NCBI RefSeq assembly: GCF_000372745.1
Contig: NZ_KB889665.1
Coordinates: 125,433-149,432, forward strand
Origin: Embleya scabrispora DSM 41855
GTDB taxonomy: Bacteria; Actinomycetota; Actinomycetes; Streptomycetales; Streptomycetaceae
Length of the DNA: 24,000 nt
Direction: 5' to 3'
Within the stretch, counting starts at the first letter, position 1. Every line of letters starts with the position of its first letter. The translations under genes were made by a program, and so were the position numbers. Below are positions 22,388-24,000 of the stretch, piece by piece. The notes under the pieces were generated by a model. It worked only from the letters and a program-made list of their open reading frames with translations, had not been told where the DNA came from and made no database searches.

Positions 22388-24000
22388 TCAGAGCGTGAGT
22401 TCGTCCAGCGCCGTCGACCACGACGCGCACAAGGACTCGGCCAACCCCGCGGTCAGGCCGGTGTCGACCACGGCGCTCACGCACAGGGAGTCCTCGAACA
22501 TGGCGAGAAACATCCCGAACGGCATGCCCTGGGGCATGCCGTCGAAGGGGATCGCGCCGATCATCGGCGACCCGCGGAACGCGTACGGTCCACGCAACCA
22601 CTGGTGGACCGGGCCCGCCGCCAGGTCCACCTGCCACGGCGACGTCGCCGCCCGCAGGTTCCACCGCGCCCCGGATGCCGGATGCGCCGCCCTGAGCGCC
22701 TCCTTGACCAGGGCCAGCCGGCGCGCCGGGTCCGCCTGATTGCACGGCAGCCGTACCCGGGTGGGCCGGGCATGGCCGCCCGGCTCCGTGAGGTCCGCGT
22801 CGCCGTCGGCGGAGGGGGCCGGTACGAGGGCCCAGACCGGTCGCGGCCTGCGTCGCCACGGGACGCCCGCGCAGTCCCGCAGCGCGCCCGCGAGCGCGGC
22901 GAGGAACAACTCGTCCGGGGTGGCCTCGGCCGTACGCAGTCGCTCGGCGTCCAGACTCAGCCGGCCCAGGTGCCGCGTGCCGGTCAGCCCCCGTGTGGCG
23001 AACGGCCGGGTGGACGGCGGGATCAGACGTCGCACGCGGGCGCGCGCGCCGGGGTCGCCGGCCGCGTGCGGGTGCGCCGGCGCGATGTCGATCGGCTCGA
23101 CGCCGAACAGCCGCCGACTCACCTCGACCAACGACGCGCCGTCGAGCAGAGAGGGGTGCGCCTTGACGATCACCGCCCATTCGTCGTGCGCATGGCCGTG
23201 GACGAGCCGGGTCTCCCACAGCGGCCGATCCCGCGGCAGCCGATCCGCCAGCGCGGCGTCCACCGCCACGTCGAGGCGATCCGGGCCGACCTGTTGCACG
23301 TGTACATGCCGGGCCGGATCCACCGGGCCGCGTCGGCGATACCCGCCCTCCATGCGGTACGCCAGCATGGGCACCCGCCACAGCCGCGCCGCCACCCCCT
23401 CGCGCAGGTCCTCGACGGTCGGCACGAGGCCCCGAAAGCGCAGTACGCACCCGAGTTCGACCGACCCGGTCTGCTCCGCGTCTCCGTGCTCCGGGCGCGC
23501 GTGCGGCCGGCCGCCGGTCCGCAGCCCACTGCGACCCGGCCGGACGCAGTCCACCAGGTAGTCGCGATCGATCCCGACGGCCGAGCGCGGCTCGCCGAGC
23601 AGCGCCCGCACGCCCGAGTCGTCGTAGCCTCGACGGTGCGTCAGATACGGCGTGGACGCCAGGTGCGCCTCCGCGAGCCGCTCCGCCCCGGTCGGCTCGA
23701 TGGGCGGCTCGGTCACGAACCGCAGCCGGACCGGCAGGAATTCGGCCAATACCTCGTGAACGACCTCGACCGGCACATCGTGCGGATGCCGTACATGGAA
23801 GACATCCACACCACCGCCCCCGGCGACGTCGGCGAGCCGGGTCATCACCCGTGCGGCCTCGTGGACCGGCATGAAGTTGAGTCGGCCCTCCGGCGCCGAG
23901 ACCACTCGCACCACCGGCCGCACCCGCTGCGGCAACCGCGCCGCCCAGCCCAGTGCCGCGCAACCGCCGGTCACCTCCGCTCGTTCGACCATGTATCGCA
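22388..24000 (-). CDS. Fusion protein (5'-partial): C-terminal part of a NAD-binding thioester/acyl reductase-like domain, followed by a wax-ester-synthase/DGAT-like acyltransferase domain
   Basis: The frame stays open past the reported Met to the window edge. The N-terminal visible part (RLNFMPVHEAARVMTRLA...VDVFHV) resembles the end of NAD_binding_4-type reductases. The middle carries WAVIVKAHPSLLDGASL, a variant of the WS/DGAT HHxxxDG active-site motif. The C-terminal region is consistent with the WS/DGAT C-domain. Confidence 0.6.
   Translation of the reverse strand, partial: RYMVERAEVTGGCAALGWAARLPQRVRPVVRVVSAPEGRLNFMPVHEAARVMTRLADVAGGGGVDVFHVRHPHDVPVEVVHEVLAEFLPVRLRFVTEPPIEPTGAERLAEAHLASTPYLTHRRGYDDSGVRALLGEPRSAVGIDRDYLVDCVRPGRSGLRTGGRPHARPEHGDAEQTGSVELGCVLRFRGLVPTVEDLREGVAARLWRVPMLAYRMEGGYRRRGPVDPARHVHVQQVGPDRLDVAVDAALADRLPRDRPLWETRLVHGHAHDEWAVIVKAHPSLLDGASLVEVSRRLFGVEPIDIAPAHPHAAGDPGARARVRRLIPPSTRPFATRGLTGTRHLGRLSLDAERLRTAEATPDELFLAALAGALRDCAGVPWRRRPRPVWALVPAPSADGDADLTEPGGHARPTRVRLPCNQADPARRLALVKEALRAAHPASGARWNLRAATSPWQVDLAAGPVHQWLRGPYAFRGSPMIGAIPFDGMPQGMPFGMFLAMFEDSLCVSAVVDTGLTAGLAESLCASWSTALDELTL

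Noticed and set aside
1-24000. A mobile element, prophage or genomic island interpretation of the accessory-looking middle region.
   Set aside because: There are no integrase, transposase or recombinase genes, no terminal inverted repeats, and no tRNA attachment site (the tRNA-like element is part of the Y RNA). I saw no obvious compositional break apart from short intergenic dips.

Overview
High-GC, actinobacterial-type chromosomal window (GC judged by eye). It is densely coding on both strands, with about 26 supportable protein genes. I found no transposase, integrase, CRISPR array, rRNA or canonical tRNA. Left to right: (1) a thioesterase fragment, an aryl/acyl-CoA ligase and a PaaX regulator; (2) a 26-bp tandem repeat array; (3) two paralogous envelope esterases; (4) a membrane protein translationally coupled to a PrsW-family protease; (5) small hypothetical genes, a GNAT and an SDR epimerase-like gene; (6) a roughly 370-bp strand-asymmetric G-rich spacer with stacked G-quadruplex motifs; (7) three uncharacterised genes (Zn-ribbon protein, ParB/Srx-like protein, small acidic protein); (8) rsr, a Ro60 orthologue with TROVE and vWA domains; (9) a divergent DUF6247-like/RelE-ParE-like pair, followed by a (GGTGCCG)7 microsatellite; (10) a lipoprotein and a SigJ/ECF41-like sigma factor; (11) a sensor-domain protein / HisKA_3 kinase / NarL-type regulator operon; (12) small VOC and SRPBCC genes; (13) a reductase/WS-DGAT-like fusion running off the right edge. 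The most notable signal is not an ORF. Just upstream of rsr on the minus strand is a YrlA-type Y RNA candidate. It carries a circularly permuted tRNA mimic (T-arm, a 7-bp acceptor-like stem capped by UUCG, and a D-arm) closed by long helices. All family calls come from motif recognition by eye; no database search was run.
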